Under the pieces are notes generated by a model, which was not told the origin of the DNA, searched no databases, and saw only the letters and a list, made by a program, of their open reading frames with translations. From the NCBI GenBank assembly GCA_050012475.1, contig JBEKHC010000076.1, positions 1 through 26,013 of the forward strand: 26,013 bases of DNA. The letters are read 5' to 3'. Source of the DNA: Candidatus Velthaea sp. Its GTDB lineage: Bacteria; Vulcanimicrobiota; Vulcanimicrobiia; Vulcanimicrobiales; Vulcanimicrobiaceae. Each line of letters begins with the position of its first letter. Within the stretch, counting starts at the first letter, position 1. The position numbers and the translations under genes were made by a program. This document shows positions 7,689-16,159 of the stretch, one piece after another.

Positions 7689-10600
7689 ATGACGGAATTT
7701 TGGCGCACCGCATTGGGGGCTGGTCGCCGCCCGAGTTCCGATCAGGAAGCCGCGATCGTCGCGCCGCCGACCGGCCGGCGCAGCGTCAACGCCGGCGCCG
7801 GCACGGGCAAGACCTCAACGCTCGCATTGCGCGTCCTCTATTTGATCGAATCCGGTCAGCTGCGTGCCGATCAGATCGTCGTCGTCACCTTCACGCGCAA
7901 GGCCGCAGCCGAGGTCAGCACGCGTATTGCCGATACGCTCGACCGCGCGCGCGCCGGCACCAACGGCGCGCCGTTTGCGCGCAGCGATCAAAGCGTCAAG
8001 TGCACCACGATCCATGCGCTTGCAGCGGAGATTCTGCGTGAAAGCGCCTTCGAGTTCGATGCCCCGGCGCCCCTGCGCCCGATCAGCGACGGTGAAGCCT
8101 ATCGTGTTTTCCACGCGTCGTTCCGCGCGCTGCTCGACGGCCGGCTCGCGACCGGCACCGACGCTTTTCCGATTGCCGAACTCAACCTCGGCGCGCTCGA
8201 ACGCGACTTGGCCAAACTTGCCCTGCGCTTGAAGAATCACGGCCTACGCCCGGACGACTTTGAATCGCGGGCGCTGGCGGCAACCGACCGCTTTGGCCGG
8301 CAACGCTGGGGGCAACTTTGGGAGCCCGGTTCAAAGCGGACCGGCAACCGGATCAACGTCGAGCCGAAAGTTGCGGTCACGGCCGAGGAGCTGGGGCGCG
8401 AGGCGCAACGCGAGCGGGCGAACATCCGGGTCGTCGCTGCGCTCTTCGCAGACTTCGATCGCCGGCTGGCCGAGCGCGGGGCAGCGACGTACGGCGATCT
8501 CATTGCCTTCGCGACGCGGCTGCTGCGCGAACGGCCCTCGCTGGTGATGCGGCTGCGCGACCGCTGGCGTTACCTGCTGCTCGACGAAAGTCAAGATACG
8601 AGCGAACTGCAATTGACCTTCATCGAAACGCTGTTCGGACGGCCGGGAGAATGTGCGGCAGCCGGTATGATGCCCGTCGGCGACAGCCGGCAGGCGATCT
8701 ACGGCTTTAACGGCGCTGCCGAAGACGTGATGGAGCGTTTGGCCGAGGCCGCCGATACGACCCACCCGCTGGTGATCAATCGCCGTTCGCCGCAAGAAAT
8801 CGTGGATGCCAGTCACGCCGTTCTCGAAAAGCACGGCGTCATCGGCGCGAGCATGCCGCGCCTCGAAGCATCGTCCGGCAACGGCGGACTTGGCTGCGTC
8901 CGGCTCGAGACCTTCGGCGAGCCCGGCGGCTCGATCAAGGAGCACGTCGAGCGCGAGGCCGCCGCAATTGCGCGCGAGATCGAACGGCTGCTGCGCGACG
9001 AATCGACGACGACGAGCGACATTGCGATTCTGGTACGTCGCCGCACGCATGCCGCCGCGTACGTCCGGGCGCTCAACGAACGCGGCATCTGCGCCGCGCT
9101 CGACAGGCGCAGCGGTCTGTTCGTCGCCGACGAAATTCGCGACGCGCTGGCGTGGATGTCGCTGCTGCTGGACCTGCAAGATCGTCGCGCGGCAGTCCGC
9201 GTCCTGCAATCGCCTCAGGTGGGGCTCAGCGATGCGACGATGATCGCGCTGACCGCGCGCAAGAACTGGCTGGAACGATTCCTGCGCGACGAACTCGGTG
9301 CCGGAGTCGAAATCGAAACGCGCGCCCGGCTCGATCGCGCGCGCTCGCTGCTGACGGCGCTGTTGCCGTCGGTCGCTCTTCCGCTGTGTTCCGCAGTGGC
9401 GGCAATCCTCGCCGAAGTCCCGCTGGCGGCAAGCTACGTGCGGATCGGGCCCGCGATCGGCGCTCAGGCGATCATCAACCTGCGGAGTTTCGAGGAACTG
9501 GCCCGCGAGTTCGCCGGCGACCGTTCGGACGCGCGTCTGGCAGAATTCGTCGACGACATCGAGCGCCGAATTCTCTACGATGACGACCCCCAGGAACCCG
9601 AACTCGAACTCGATGGGGTTCGGATCCTCACCGTCCACCAAGCGAAAGGGCTCGAGTGGCCCTACGTCTTCGTTGCCTGTTCGACCAAGGCGCAGTACGG
9701 GAGTTCGGAACTCACCGACCGCGTCGTCCACTACGACCTGCCCAGCGGCGCGTTCGCGCTCAAGAATGACGTCGACGGTCACGAGACGTTCCACTGGCTC
9801 ACGCTCAATTGCGAGCATGACCCCGACACCGGCGAGCGCGTCATCCCCGGGAATCGGAAGCGCGCGCACGCGCGCGAGCAGGCTCGCGTCTTCTATGTTG
9901 CGTTGACGCGAGCGCAGCGCCGCGTTTACGTCACGGCGCCGGCTGCGCCGGGCCGCGGCGAAGCGCCGTATCTCGACGCGATCCGCGAATGGGCCGCGGC
10001 GCGCGAACCTGCCGCCAACCTCCGGTTCGATACACCTGCTTCGATCGAATCCGCGGTTGCGCCGGCGTCAACGCCGGTGCAGTCGAAACGAGCATTGATC
10101 GCGCGCATTGCCGCTCCGGAGAATGGCGAAACCGCACCGGCGTTCCGCCCGCGGGTGTCGTTTAGCGCAATCTCGGCATTCGCCACCTGCCCGCGCATGG
10201 CGCGCCTGCGGTACCGGCTCATGTTGCCCGATCTGCGCCGGGCGCAAAGCCGTTTCGTCGGACCGAACGGCCAAGATGCCGGCTTGCCGAGCAATGCCGC
10301 CCGTTTAGGATCGCTGGCGCATCGAGCGCTCGAGCTGTGGGGCCGCGCGACGATTGCTGGCGTCGGCGTGCCGATCGACGCGGCTTTTGCCGGCGCTTTG
10401 CTCGACTTTGCCGATGCCACGCCGCACGAGATCGAGCGTGCCCGCTCCGCAGCCGCCGGTGCGGTCGACGCATTGTCGGGGTATACCGTCCTCGCCGTCG
10501 AGGCAGCATTCGCGATCTCCATCGGCTCGACGAACGTCGAGGGGTTCATCGATCGCATTGCCCGCAATCCGGGCGGCCGGCTCCTGGTCGTCGACTACAA

Positions 10601-10883
10601 AACCGGGCGCAGCGACGACGAACAATATGCGCTGCAGCTTGCCCTGTATCGGCGCGTGGCCGAGCAGCGCTTTCCCGGTGAACACGTCACGGCGGCGCTT
10701 CTGCGCCTCACGCCGGAGAGCGCCGTCCTCTCGTTTCCGGCCCCGATACCGGACGCCGAACTCGATGCCACCATCGCGGCGGTCGGCTTGTTCGAGAGTG
10801 ATACCCCAAACGTCGGTTCCTGGTGCGTTCCTTGCCCGTACCGCGGATCGCCCTGCATGGCCCCGTTGGCGCATGCCGGCTGA
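7689..10883 (+). CDS. adnB: ATP-dependent helicase/nuclease subunit 2 (UvrD-like motor plus PD-(D/E)XK four-Cys nuclease), AdnB-like
   Basis: Motor motifs AGAGTGKT, TFTRKAA, LDESQD, GDSRQAIYGFNGA, TVHQAKGLEW and YVALTRA. Nuclease motifs GFIDRI, DYKTG, QLALY; Cys in ATCPR and CVPCPYRGSPC. The ATG directly follows the upstream TAG. The symbol is assigned by architecture and gene order. Confidence 0.88.
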   Translation: MTEFWRTALGAGRRPSSDQEAAIVAPPTGRRSVNAGAGTGKTSTLALRVLYLIESGQLRADQIVVVTFTRKAAAEVSTRIADTLDRARAGTNGAPFARSDQSVKCTTIHALAAEILRESAFEFDAPAPLRPISDGEAYRVFHASFRALLDGRLATGTDAFPIAELNLGALERDLAKLALRLKNHGLRPDDFESRALAATDRFGRQRWGQLWEPGSKRTGNRINVEPKVAVTAEELGREAQRERANIRVVAALFADFDRRLAERGAATYGDLIAFATRLLRERPSLVMRLRDRWRYLLLDESQDTSELQLTFIETLFGRPGECAAAGMMPVGDSRQAIYGFNGAAEDVMERLAEAADTTHPLVINRRSPQEIVDASHAVLEKHGVIGASMPRLEASSGNGGLGCVRLETFGEPGGSIKEHVEREAAAIAREIERLLRDESTTTSDIAILVRRRTHAAAYVRALNERGICAALDRRSGLFVADEIRDALAWMSLLLDLQDRRAAVRVLQSPQVGLSDATMIALTARKNWLERFLRDELGAGVEIETRARLDRARSLLTALLPSVALPLCSAVAAILAEVPLAASYVRIGPAIGAQAIINLRSFEELAREFAGDRSDARLAEFVDDIERRILYDDDPQEPELELDGVRILTVHQAKGLEWPYVFVACSTKAQYGSSELTDRVVHYDLPSGAFALKNDVDGHETFHWLTLNCEHDPDTGERVIPGNRKRAHAREQARVFYVALTRAQRRVYVTAPAAPGRGEAPYLDAIREWAAAREPAANLRFDTPASIESAVAPASTPVQSKRALIARIAAPENGETAPAFRPRVSFSAISAFATCPRMARLRYRLMLPDLRRAQSRFVGPNGQDAGLPSNAARLGSLAHRALELWGRATIAGVGVPIDAAFAGALLDFADATPHEIERARSAAAGAVDALSGYTVLAVEAAFAISIGSTNVEGFIDRIARNPGGRLLVVDYKTGRSDDEQYALQLALYRRVAEQRFPGEHVTAALLRLTPESAVLSFPAPIPDAELDATIAAVGLFESDTPNVGSWCVPCPYRGSPCMAPLAHAG

Positions 10884-10918
10884 CGACGAATGCCGATGGA
10901 AACCGAAAAACGCTCCGG

Positions 10919-11068
10919 TCAGCAAGGGTCGACGATTCGCACGATCGCGAGTGCCCAGCCGCGAGCCGTACGCGTGCGCACGAGATAGCCGTAGCTGGTT
11001 CGATCGTACACTTGAAAGCCCGCGCGCAGCGCTTCGGCCACGGACCGGAAAATCATGATGCCTGCCAT
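10919..11068 (-). CDS. Small hypothetical protein, 49 aa (MAGIMIFRSVAEALRAGFQVYDRTSYGYLVRTRTARGWALAIVRIVDPC); absent from the ORF track
   Basis: Translated by hand: ATG at 11068, TGA at 10921-10919, GGAGG ribosome-binding site about 10 nt upstream. It fills the gap convergent with adnB. Confidence 0.75.
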   Translation of the reverse strand: MAGIMIFRSVAEALRAGFQVYDRTSYGYLVRTRTARGWALAIVRIVDPC

Positions 11069-11180
11069 TGCGTTTGCCCTCCGATGCGGAGAATGCAGTA
11101 CTGTTAGCGCTCCGAAAAAGGTGCCCGCTCGATGAGTCGCGCTTCGAGCACGACCGCGGTGACCGGGTTCAAGCGGTGGC

Positions 11181-11208
11181 CAAGAAGCCGCGCGGATGCG
11201 GCTTCTTG
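11181..11208. terminator. Hairpin, probable (bidirectional) intrinsic terminator
   Basis: CAAGAAGCCGC-GCGGAT-GCGGCTTCTTG, an 11-bp perfect stem just 3' of the minus-strand gene ending at 11224. Confidence 0.6.
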
Positions 11209-11223
11209 CGTTCCGCCGCCCGA

Positions 11224-11463
11224 TCAGAGGCTCGTGCCCAACTTGCGGAATTCGACGCGACGCGCGTCCGCGCTGTCCTGTTCGAGCGCCATCCGGCGAT
11301 CGGCATTTGTATTGACGGTCGACATCGACACGGTCGTTGCTGATGGCGATGCGGGTGCGGGCGCGGTCGTCTGCGCCGACGCGGCGACACCGATCGAGAG
11401 AAATCCGGAAGCCAGTGCGCCGGCGAGTGCGAGGCGGTTGATAACCTGAAAACGATTTTTCAT
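11224..11463 (-). CDS. Small secreted hypothetical protein (79 aa)
   Basis: AAGGA ribosome-binding site before ATG 11463. Sec-type signal MKNRFQVINRLALAGALASGFLSIGVAASA-Q, then a Pro/Thr/Ala linker and a short charged helix. Confidence 0.7.
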   Translation of the reverse strand: MKNRFQVINRLALAGALASGFLSIGVAASAQTTAPAPASPSATTVSMSTVNTNADRRMALEQDSADARRVEFRKLGTSL

Positions 11464-11818
11464 GAGACGTTCCTTTTGTGAGTGATTGAAGTGAGTTAAC
11501 CGAGATTGACCCCGAACGTGATGGTCGAGCGCCAGCAACGTTGAAACCAACGTGAATTGCAGAGACGTGACCGGCTCAAAGTCATGATGATAGAAGCTGC
11601 TGGGCGTTGCTTGTTTAGCAATCTTTCGGCGGCGATGGTTTGAGGTCGCTCGCCCCAACGGGACACGGCGTATTCCGTCGGCTGCGTGAAGAGCGATCGT
11701 GCGCTCTGCGTGGAACGTGCCTGCCGCTCAAACACCGGACATCCGTCTCAACGTTTGAGCTTTGGGCTTGGATTCGGCGGGGCCGCTCTGCCCGATTCGG
11801 CTCGCCGGCCCGCGGCGC

Positions 11819-12271
11819 TTACAAGTCCGAATGAACGCCGGTTTCGTTTCCAGCGGCGTGCCAGCTGCTGCCGTCGGCGAAATCGACGTCCGTAACGTTG
11901 CAAACGACGTTCGCGAGTGAACCGACCGGGTTCGCGATTGCGAAATGATGCTTGATCTGGACGCCGTGCGTGAAGATGCCCTTGTCCACGATCGCTTTTG
12001 TGAATTGGCCGTCGGCAACCGAGAACTTCACGACGGTCGCGGCCACGTTTGCGGTGTTGACGAAATGCACCGCGACATCACTGGCGATGAACTGCGGCGG
12101 TTCCTCGACCTCCGTGCCGACCGTACCCGGTGAGTACAATTCGTTCACGCGAAACGACGCGATCGTGATCGGCGAATGCGCAGCGAAGGCAACCGTTTGC
12201 GCCGGTGCCGGCGCATGCGTCGCTGCGATCAAAGCGGCGGTAGCGAAACTTGTAAGGCTGGTCTTGAACAT
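11819..12271 (-). CDS. Secreted beta-rich hypothetical protein (150 aa; FVN...DKGIF..GV.IKH...C.V..V.FADGS.W pattern)
   Basis: GGGAG ribosome-binding site before ATG 12271, signal peptide, alternating beta-strand pattern. Confidence 0.8.
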   Translation of the reverse strand: MFKTSLTSFATAALIAATHAPAPAQTVAFAAHSPITIASFRVNELYSPGTVGTEVEEPPQFIASDVAVHFVNTANVAATVVKFSVADGQFTKAIVDKGIFTHGVQIKHHFAIANPVGSLANVVCNVTDVDFADGSSWHAAGNETGVHSDL

Positions 12272-12313
12272 CGTTGCTGCTCCCTGCGTGTCGTTGAAGG
12301 TGTTCTCTCCCAA

Positions 12314-12342
12314 AGTACGCACGATAGCGTCGAAGCAGATGA
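12314..12342 (-). promoter_or_regulatory. Putative ECF-sigma promoter TCATCT-N17-CGTACT
   Basis: Near copy of the motif upstream of the cupredoxin operon. It lies about 40 nt upstream of ATG 12271 and downstream of a terminator. Confidence 0.55.
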
Positions 12343-12447
12343 CTTTCGTGGGCGGATTTTCTGCAGACGCGGTATCGCCGGCCGGATCTCTCGCTGCGTG
12401 ATCCCGTTGTCGAAGGCAGCCGCGTCGTCGTGGCCAAGCCGGTCCGC

Positions 12448-12481
12448 AAAAAAAACGTGCGGCTCGCTCGAACCGCACGTT
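12448..12481 (-). terminator. Rho-independent terminator
   Basis: Minus strand reads AACGTGCGG-loop-CCGCACGTT running into a U8 tract (A run at 12448-12455 on the plus strand). Confidence 0.85.
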
Positions 12482-12717
12482 ACAGCACGCGCTGCGTTAG
12501 ACAAATGCACTTCGTGCATTCTGTCGCGTTTGGGCTTCGCGGGTGTACCGAGCGAAGCCGAGGCACACCCATAAGCCGCCCTACCAGTTTGGCGACGAGT
12601 CGGACAAAATGGCTAGGGGAATGCGCTGCGCACATTCGGTCACGTTCTGGCTTCGCCCGAGCTGCCATCACGGACGGTTGTCAGCGCTCGCTTCACTGAC
12701 GCGCGCCCGGCACGCGT

Positions 12718-13431
12718 TTAGCGCGCCGAATACGCCAGCGTTGCGTCGGCGAGCGTTCGGCCGGAGGGGTCGACGAGTGCGAGCGACGTCGGGCGCGGGA
12801 TGTCGCGCACGAACAGCGCGGCGCTGCTGCCGCGCACCTCGGGTTGGCCTAAGTCGCGCTCGCCCGCCGCGGAACGCGCGACGACGCGACAGTCACATGT
12901 CGAACCGGCGATCACGACGTAGAACCACGCGCCGTCACGAGCGTACAGCGCCTTGCTGACGGGCACTCCCGCAGCGCGCGTGGTGAACGTGACATGATTG
13001 AAGTGCGAGGTTGCGATCGTCGCCAAGATCGCGCTGTCATGCGCGGCCTGCCGCGCGTTCCCGGAACGTTCGACGTACTCGCCGCCGCCGATTCCCGCGG
13101 CGAGCAGCACCGCGGCGGCAGCCGCGGCGAAGGCCGGCGCACGCCATGCAGCGCGACGGGACGCGCGGCGCGACACCAGCGGCACCACGGCCGCCGCCGA
13201 AGCAGCGATGCGCGCCTGCAGCCGGTCAGGCGGTTCGAGTTGCGGCACGAACGCGTCATCGAGCGCGGCGACCGTCGATTCGGCTACGCCGAGCGCACGG
13301 GTGCACGTCGTGCACTGGGCCGCGTGGTCTTCGACTTGCGCTCGTTCGAGCGGTTCGAGCATCCCTAGCGCGTAGAGCTCGGCGAGTTCTCCGAGGTGCC
13401 CCCGATCGGGCTGTTCGCTCATCGCGCTCAC
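12718..13431 (-). CDS. Anti-sigma factor (zinc-binding anti-sigma domain, one TM helix, extracytoplasmic domain; RskA-like)
   Basis: LAELYALGML and HAAQCTTC (Hx3Cx2C), then an Ala-rich TM segment. GTGA overlap with the sigma gene. Confidence 0.88.
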   Translation of the reverse strand: MSAMSEQPDRGHLGELAELYALGMLEPLERAQVEDHAAQCTTCTRALGVAESTVAALDDAFVPQLEPPDRLQARIAASAAAVVPLVSRRASRRAAWRAPAFAAAAAAVLLAAGIGGGEYVERSGNARQAAHDSAILATIATSHFNHVTFTTRAAGVPVSKALYARDGAWFYVVIAGSTCDCRVVARSAAGERDLGQPEVRGSSAALFVRDIPRPTSLALVDPSGRTLADATLAYSAR

Positions 13432-14003
13432 GGTTTGCCCACTCCTTGTTGGGTCAATGCGACATTGAGTTTGCGCAACGCCATCGCGATGCGACTCTTG
13501 GTCGTGCCCAGCGGAACACCGAGCTGCTGCGCGACTTGAACGTGCGTGAGCTGGCCGAAATAGGCCAGCTCGAGTGCTGCTTTCTGTTCGCCCGGCAAGT
13601 CCGCGAGCGCACGGCGCAGCCGGTCCCGCTCGATGGGGTCGTGCACGTCGAGCTCGTAGGTGCAGCGCTCGTCGGCGGCCTTCGCCAAGCGCTCGTCGAT
13701 GCGCGCATGCCGGGCGGCGTTGCGCCGGCGCGTGAGCGCTTCGTTGCGCACGCTCACGAGCAGGTAGCTGCGCAACGGGCCGCGCTCGGGGCTATACGAC
13801 CCTGGGCGCTGCCAGATGCGCACGAGAGCGTCGTGCACGCAATCCTGCGCATCTTCGTCGCTCGCCAGCACGTTGCGCGCCACCGAATAGAGCAGCCGGC
13901 CGAAGGCGCGATACACGGCTTCGAGCCCGCTGCTCCGGCCCGCGAGAAAGTCGGCGACCATCTCGCCGTCCTCGCGTTCATCGCTGCCGAATCGATCGAC
14001 CAC
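13428..14003 (-). CDS. ECF RNA polymerase sigma-70 factor (SigK-like)
   Basis: Region 2 DAQDCVHDALVRIW and RSYLLVSVRNEA. Region 4 LPGEQKAALELAYFGQLTHVQVAQQLGVPLGTTKSRI. Confidence 0.93.
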   Translation of the reverse strand: MVDRFGSDEREDGEMVADFLAGRSSGLEAVYRAFGRLLYSVARNVLASDEDAQDCVHDALVRIWQRPGSYSPERGPLRSYLLVSVRNEALTRRRNAARHARIDERLAKAADERCTYELDVHDPIERDRLRRALADLPGEQKAALELAYFGQLTHVQVAQQLGVPLGTTKSRIAMALRKLNVALTQQGVGKP

Positions 14004-14015
14004 GCTGATCGGCGT

Positions 14016-14897
14016 TTACCCAAGCGAATGGTCGGCCACGCGCGCGGGGGCGTCCGCGGCGAGCTCGACGGAGCGGTACCCCAGCACTTTGAGCAGCATA
14101 TCGTCCGGGACTTTGAGCGGCCCCGGCTTGTCCGCCGTGCCCGGTGCGGGCTGCGGATACGCCGTGGCAGCCGCGGTCGCGAACTTGATGTTGCCTTCGG
14201 TGTGCTGGATGATCTGGTGGATGTGGCCGTTGAGCACCGTGACCGCATCGAACCGCCGCAGCGCCGCCAGAACGCGGGCGCCGTCTTGGGTCGTCCAGCC
14301 CCACGGTGGAAAGAGCGCGTACAGCGGAACGTGGCCGAAGACGACGATCGGCGTGGAGGTCTTTTGCGCTGCGAGGTCTTTTTCGACGAAGTCGAGCTGG
14401 TCGGTGCCGAGCTTTCCGTCGACCTCGAAATTGAAGACGTTCACCAGCGAAAGAAAATGAATGCCGCCCGCATCGAATGAGAACCAGCCGTTGGGGGCGT
14501 CCGGCCGCGCGAACGCGTCGAAGAATCCGCGCGGCGAGCCGATGACGTCGTGTTCGCCGGGCAGTACGATCAGCGGAGCCTTGAGCGTCGAAAGCACTTG
14601 CTTTGCGGCGTCGAACTGCGCCGGCTTCGACAGATGCGTCACATCGCCGGTGTGCACGACGAACGCCGGCTGCTGCGGCAGAGCATTGATCGCCGCGATC
14701 GTCTTGGTGAACGTTCCGAGCACGTCCGGATTCTCGGGACGCGCGAAGCCGATGTGGCTGTCGCTGATCTGAATGAACGAATACGCGGTCGTCGCCGCGG
14801 AAGCCGGTCTGCTCGCCAGCAAACCGCTGGCCGACAGGCTCCAAGCGATGCCGCTGCCGGTCCAGGCGACGTGTTCGAGAAAACTGCTGCGTTTCAC
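14016..14897 (-). CDS. Calcineurin-like metallophosphoesterase (CpdA/Icc-like) with Tat-like signal
   Basis: QISDSH, HTGDVTH, PGEHD (GNHD variant), GHVP and NGHIH. The N-terminal KRSSFL resembles a twin-arginine motif. Confidence 0.9.
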   Translation of the reverse strand: MKRSSFLEHVAWTGSGIAWSLSASGLLASRPASAATTAYSFIQISDSHIGFARPENPDVLGTFTKTIAAINALPQQPAFVVHTGDVTHLSKPAQFDAAKQVLSTLKAPLIVLPGEHDVIGSPRGFFDAFARPDAPNGWFSFDAGGIHFLSLVNVFNFEVDGKLGTDQLDFVEKDLAAQKTSTPIVVFGHVPLYALFPPWGWTTQDGARVLAALRRFDAVTVLNGHIHQIIQHTEGNIKFATAAATAYPQPAPGTADKPGPLKVPDDMLLKVLGYRSVELAADAPARVADHSLG

Positions 14898-14904
14898 GGC
14901 GCGC

Positions 14905-15276
14905 CTACTTCGCCGGACTGCCGGCTGCCGGAAGGACGACGAGCGTCGCCTTCATGTACGGGTGCAGCTCGCAAAAATAGTTATACGTGCCGGGCTTGGT
15001 GAACACGTGTTGCCACGTACCGTTCGAATCGAGTCCCTCCGAATCGAACGATTTGTCATCGGACGTTGCCGTGTGCGCCTCGTCGTCGTCATTCACGAAC
15101 GTGACGCGGTCGCCGGCGTGAATTTTCGCCGGCGTCGGGTTGTACTTGAAATCTTTGATGTGGATGGTGAGCACCGACGGAAGCAGCTGCGCAGCGGGAT
15201 CGGCGGCGCCGGCGGGTGCGCCGGGAGCGGCGAGGCAGACCGCGAGCGCACTCGCGGCAGCAAGGGTTTTGTACAT
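14905..15276 (-). CDS. Cupredoxin (plastocyanin/amicyanin-like type-1 copper protein), secreted
   Basis: GDRVTFVN, AHTAT and YFCELHPYM supply the His/Cys/His/Met ligands. Signal peptide present; GGAG ribosome-binding site before ATG 15276. Confidence 0.92.
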   Translation of the reverse strand: MYKTLAAASALAVCLAAPGAPAGAADPAAQLLPSVLTIHIKDFKYNPTPAKIHAGDRVTFVNDDDEAHTATSDDKSFDSEGLDSNGTWQHVFTKPGTYNYFCELHPYMKATLVVLPAAGSPAK

Positions 15277-15308
15277 GGGCATCTCTCCAAATGAGTACTG
15301 CTGCCCGG

Positions 15309-15336
15309 AGTACGCCGAAGTCCGTCCGGCGGATGA
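15309..15336 (-). promoter_or_regulatory. Putative autoregulatory ECF promoter TCATCC-N16-CGTACT
   Basis: -35 TCATCC at 15336-15331 and -10 CGTA at 15314-15311, about 35 nt upstream of the first gene of the sigma operon. Confidence 0.65.
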
Positions 15337-15430
15337 GTCCGCGCGGCTCCCGGCGAGAATGCCACCCGCCTGGCACACACGAATCGTATCGTGGGGTGGT
15401 CATGGATGCAATTCTACCGGCCGGCCCGCT

Positions 15431-16159
15431 GTGGCGTTGAGTCTTCGCGACGCAACGTTCGCCGTCGTCGACGTGGAAACGACTGGCGTCGACCCGGCCG
15501 TCGATCGCGTCGTTGAAGTGGCATGCGTGCTCATGCGCATCGATCGCGAGCTCGACACGTTCAGCACTCTGATCGACCCGGGCCGGCCGATCCCCGCGAT
15601 CGCATCCGCCATCCACCACATCACCGATCGGCACGTCCGCGGCGCTCCATCCCTTGCCGAGGTCCAGCCGCAGATCGACGCGCGGTGCGCGGGCTCGATC
15701 GTGGTCGCTCACAACGCGCGATTCGACCTGGGGTTCTTGCCCTTTCTCGCCCATCGCCCCATGCTCTGCTCGATGCGGCTGGCAATGCGTGTTCTGCCCG
15801 ACGCACCGAATTTCAAAAACCAGGTTCTGCGCTACCATCTCGACGTCGACGCGACGCTCAATGAAGGCGCGATCGCGCATCGGGCGCTGGGTGACGCGCA
15901 AGTCACCGGCCGGATCCTCTCGATCCTTTTGCAACGGCACTTGGCGGCGGGTGGGACGGACGACGCCGAACAACTCGTGCGCGAGGTGGCGGCGCCTCGA
16001 CGGCTCGCGGCGCTCCCGTTCGGACGTCACCGTGGCGTGGCGATCGAAAGCGTTCCCGCCGACTACTTGCGCTGGCTGGATCGTGAATCGCTGTCGGCTT
16101 CGCGCGATGCGCGGTTTACGGCCCGGCGCGAACTGGAACGCCGGGCGATGGCGTCATGA
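15431..16159 (+). CDS. DEDDh 3'-5' exonuclease, exonuclease X-like, with C-terminal DUF3820-like domain
   Basis: Exo I DVETTG, Exo II AHNARFD, Exo III HRALGDA; C-terminal LPFGRHRG...VPADYLRWL. Start reassigned to GTG 15431 (TTG 15437 is an alternative). Confidence 0.9.
   Translation: MALSLRDATFAVVDVETTGVDPAVDRVVEVACVLMRIDRELDTFSTLIDPGRPIPAIASAIHHITDRHVRGAPSLAEVQPQIDARCAGSIVVAHNARFDLGFLPFLAHRPMLCSMRLAMRVLPDAPNFKNQVLRYHLDVDATLNEGAIAHRALGDAQVTGRILSILLQRHLAAGGTDDAEQLVREVAAPRRLAALPFGRHRGVAIESVPADYLRWLDRESLSASRDARFTARRELERRAMAS

Noticed and set aside
8331..9869. Long antisense or alternate-frame ORFs (8331..9869 -, 19278..21155 -, 13011..14480 +, 2509..3657 -, 24512..25576 - and others)
   Set aside because: They overlap well-supported genes, show no family motifs, and are the expected shadow ORFs of GC-rich coding DNA.
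10962..11003. GAGCCGTACGCG... resembling the start of group II intron domain V
   Set aside because: The 3' arm does not fit, no intron ORF is present, and the sequence is the antisense of the 49-aa gene.
15001..15012. GAAC-ACGT-GTTG, a near SOS box
   Set aside because: It has a mismatch in the core and lies inside the cupredoxin coding sequence.
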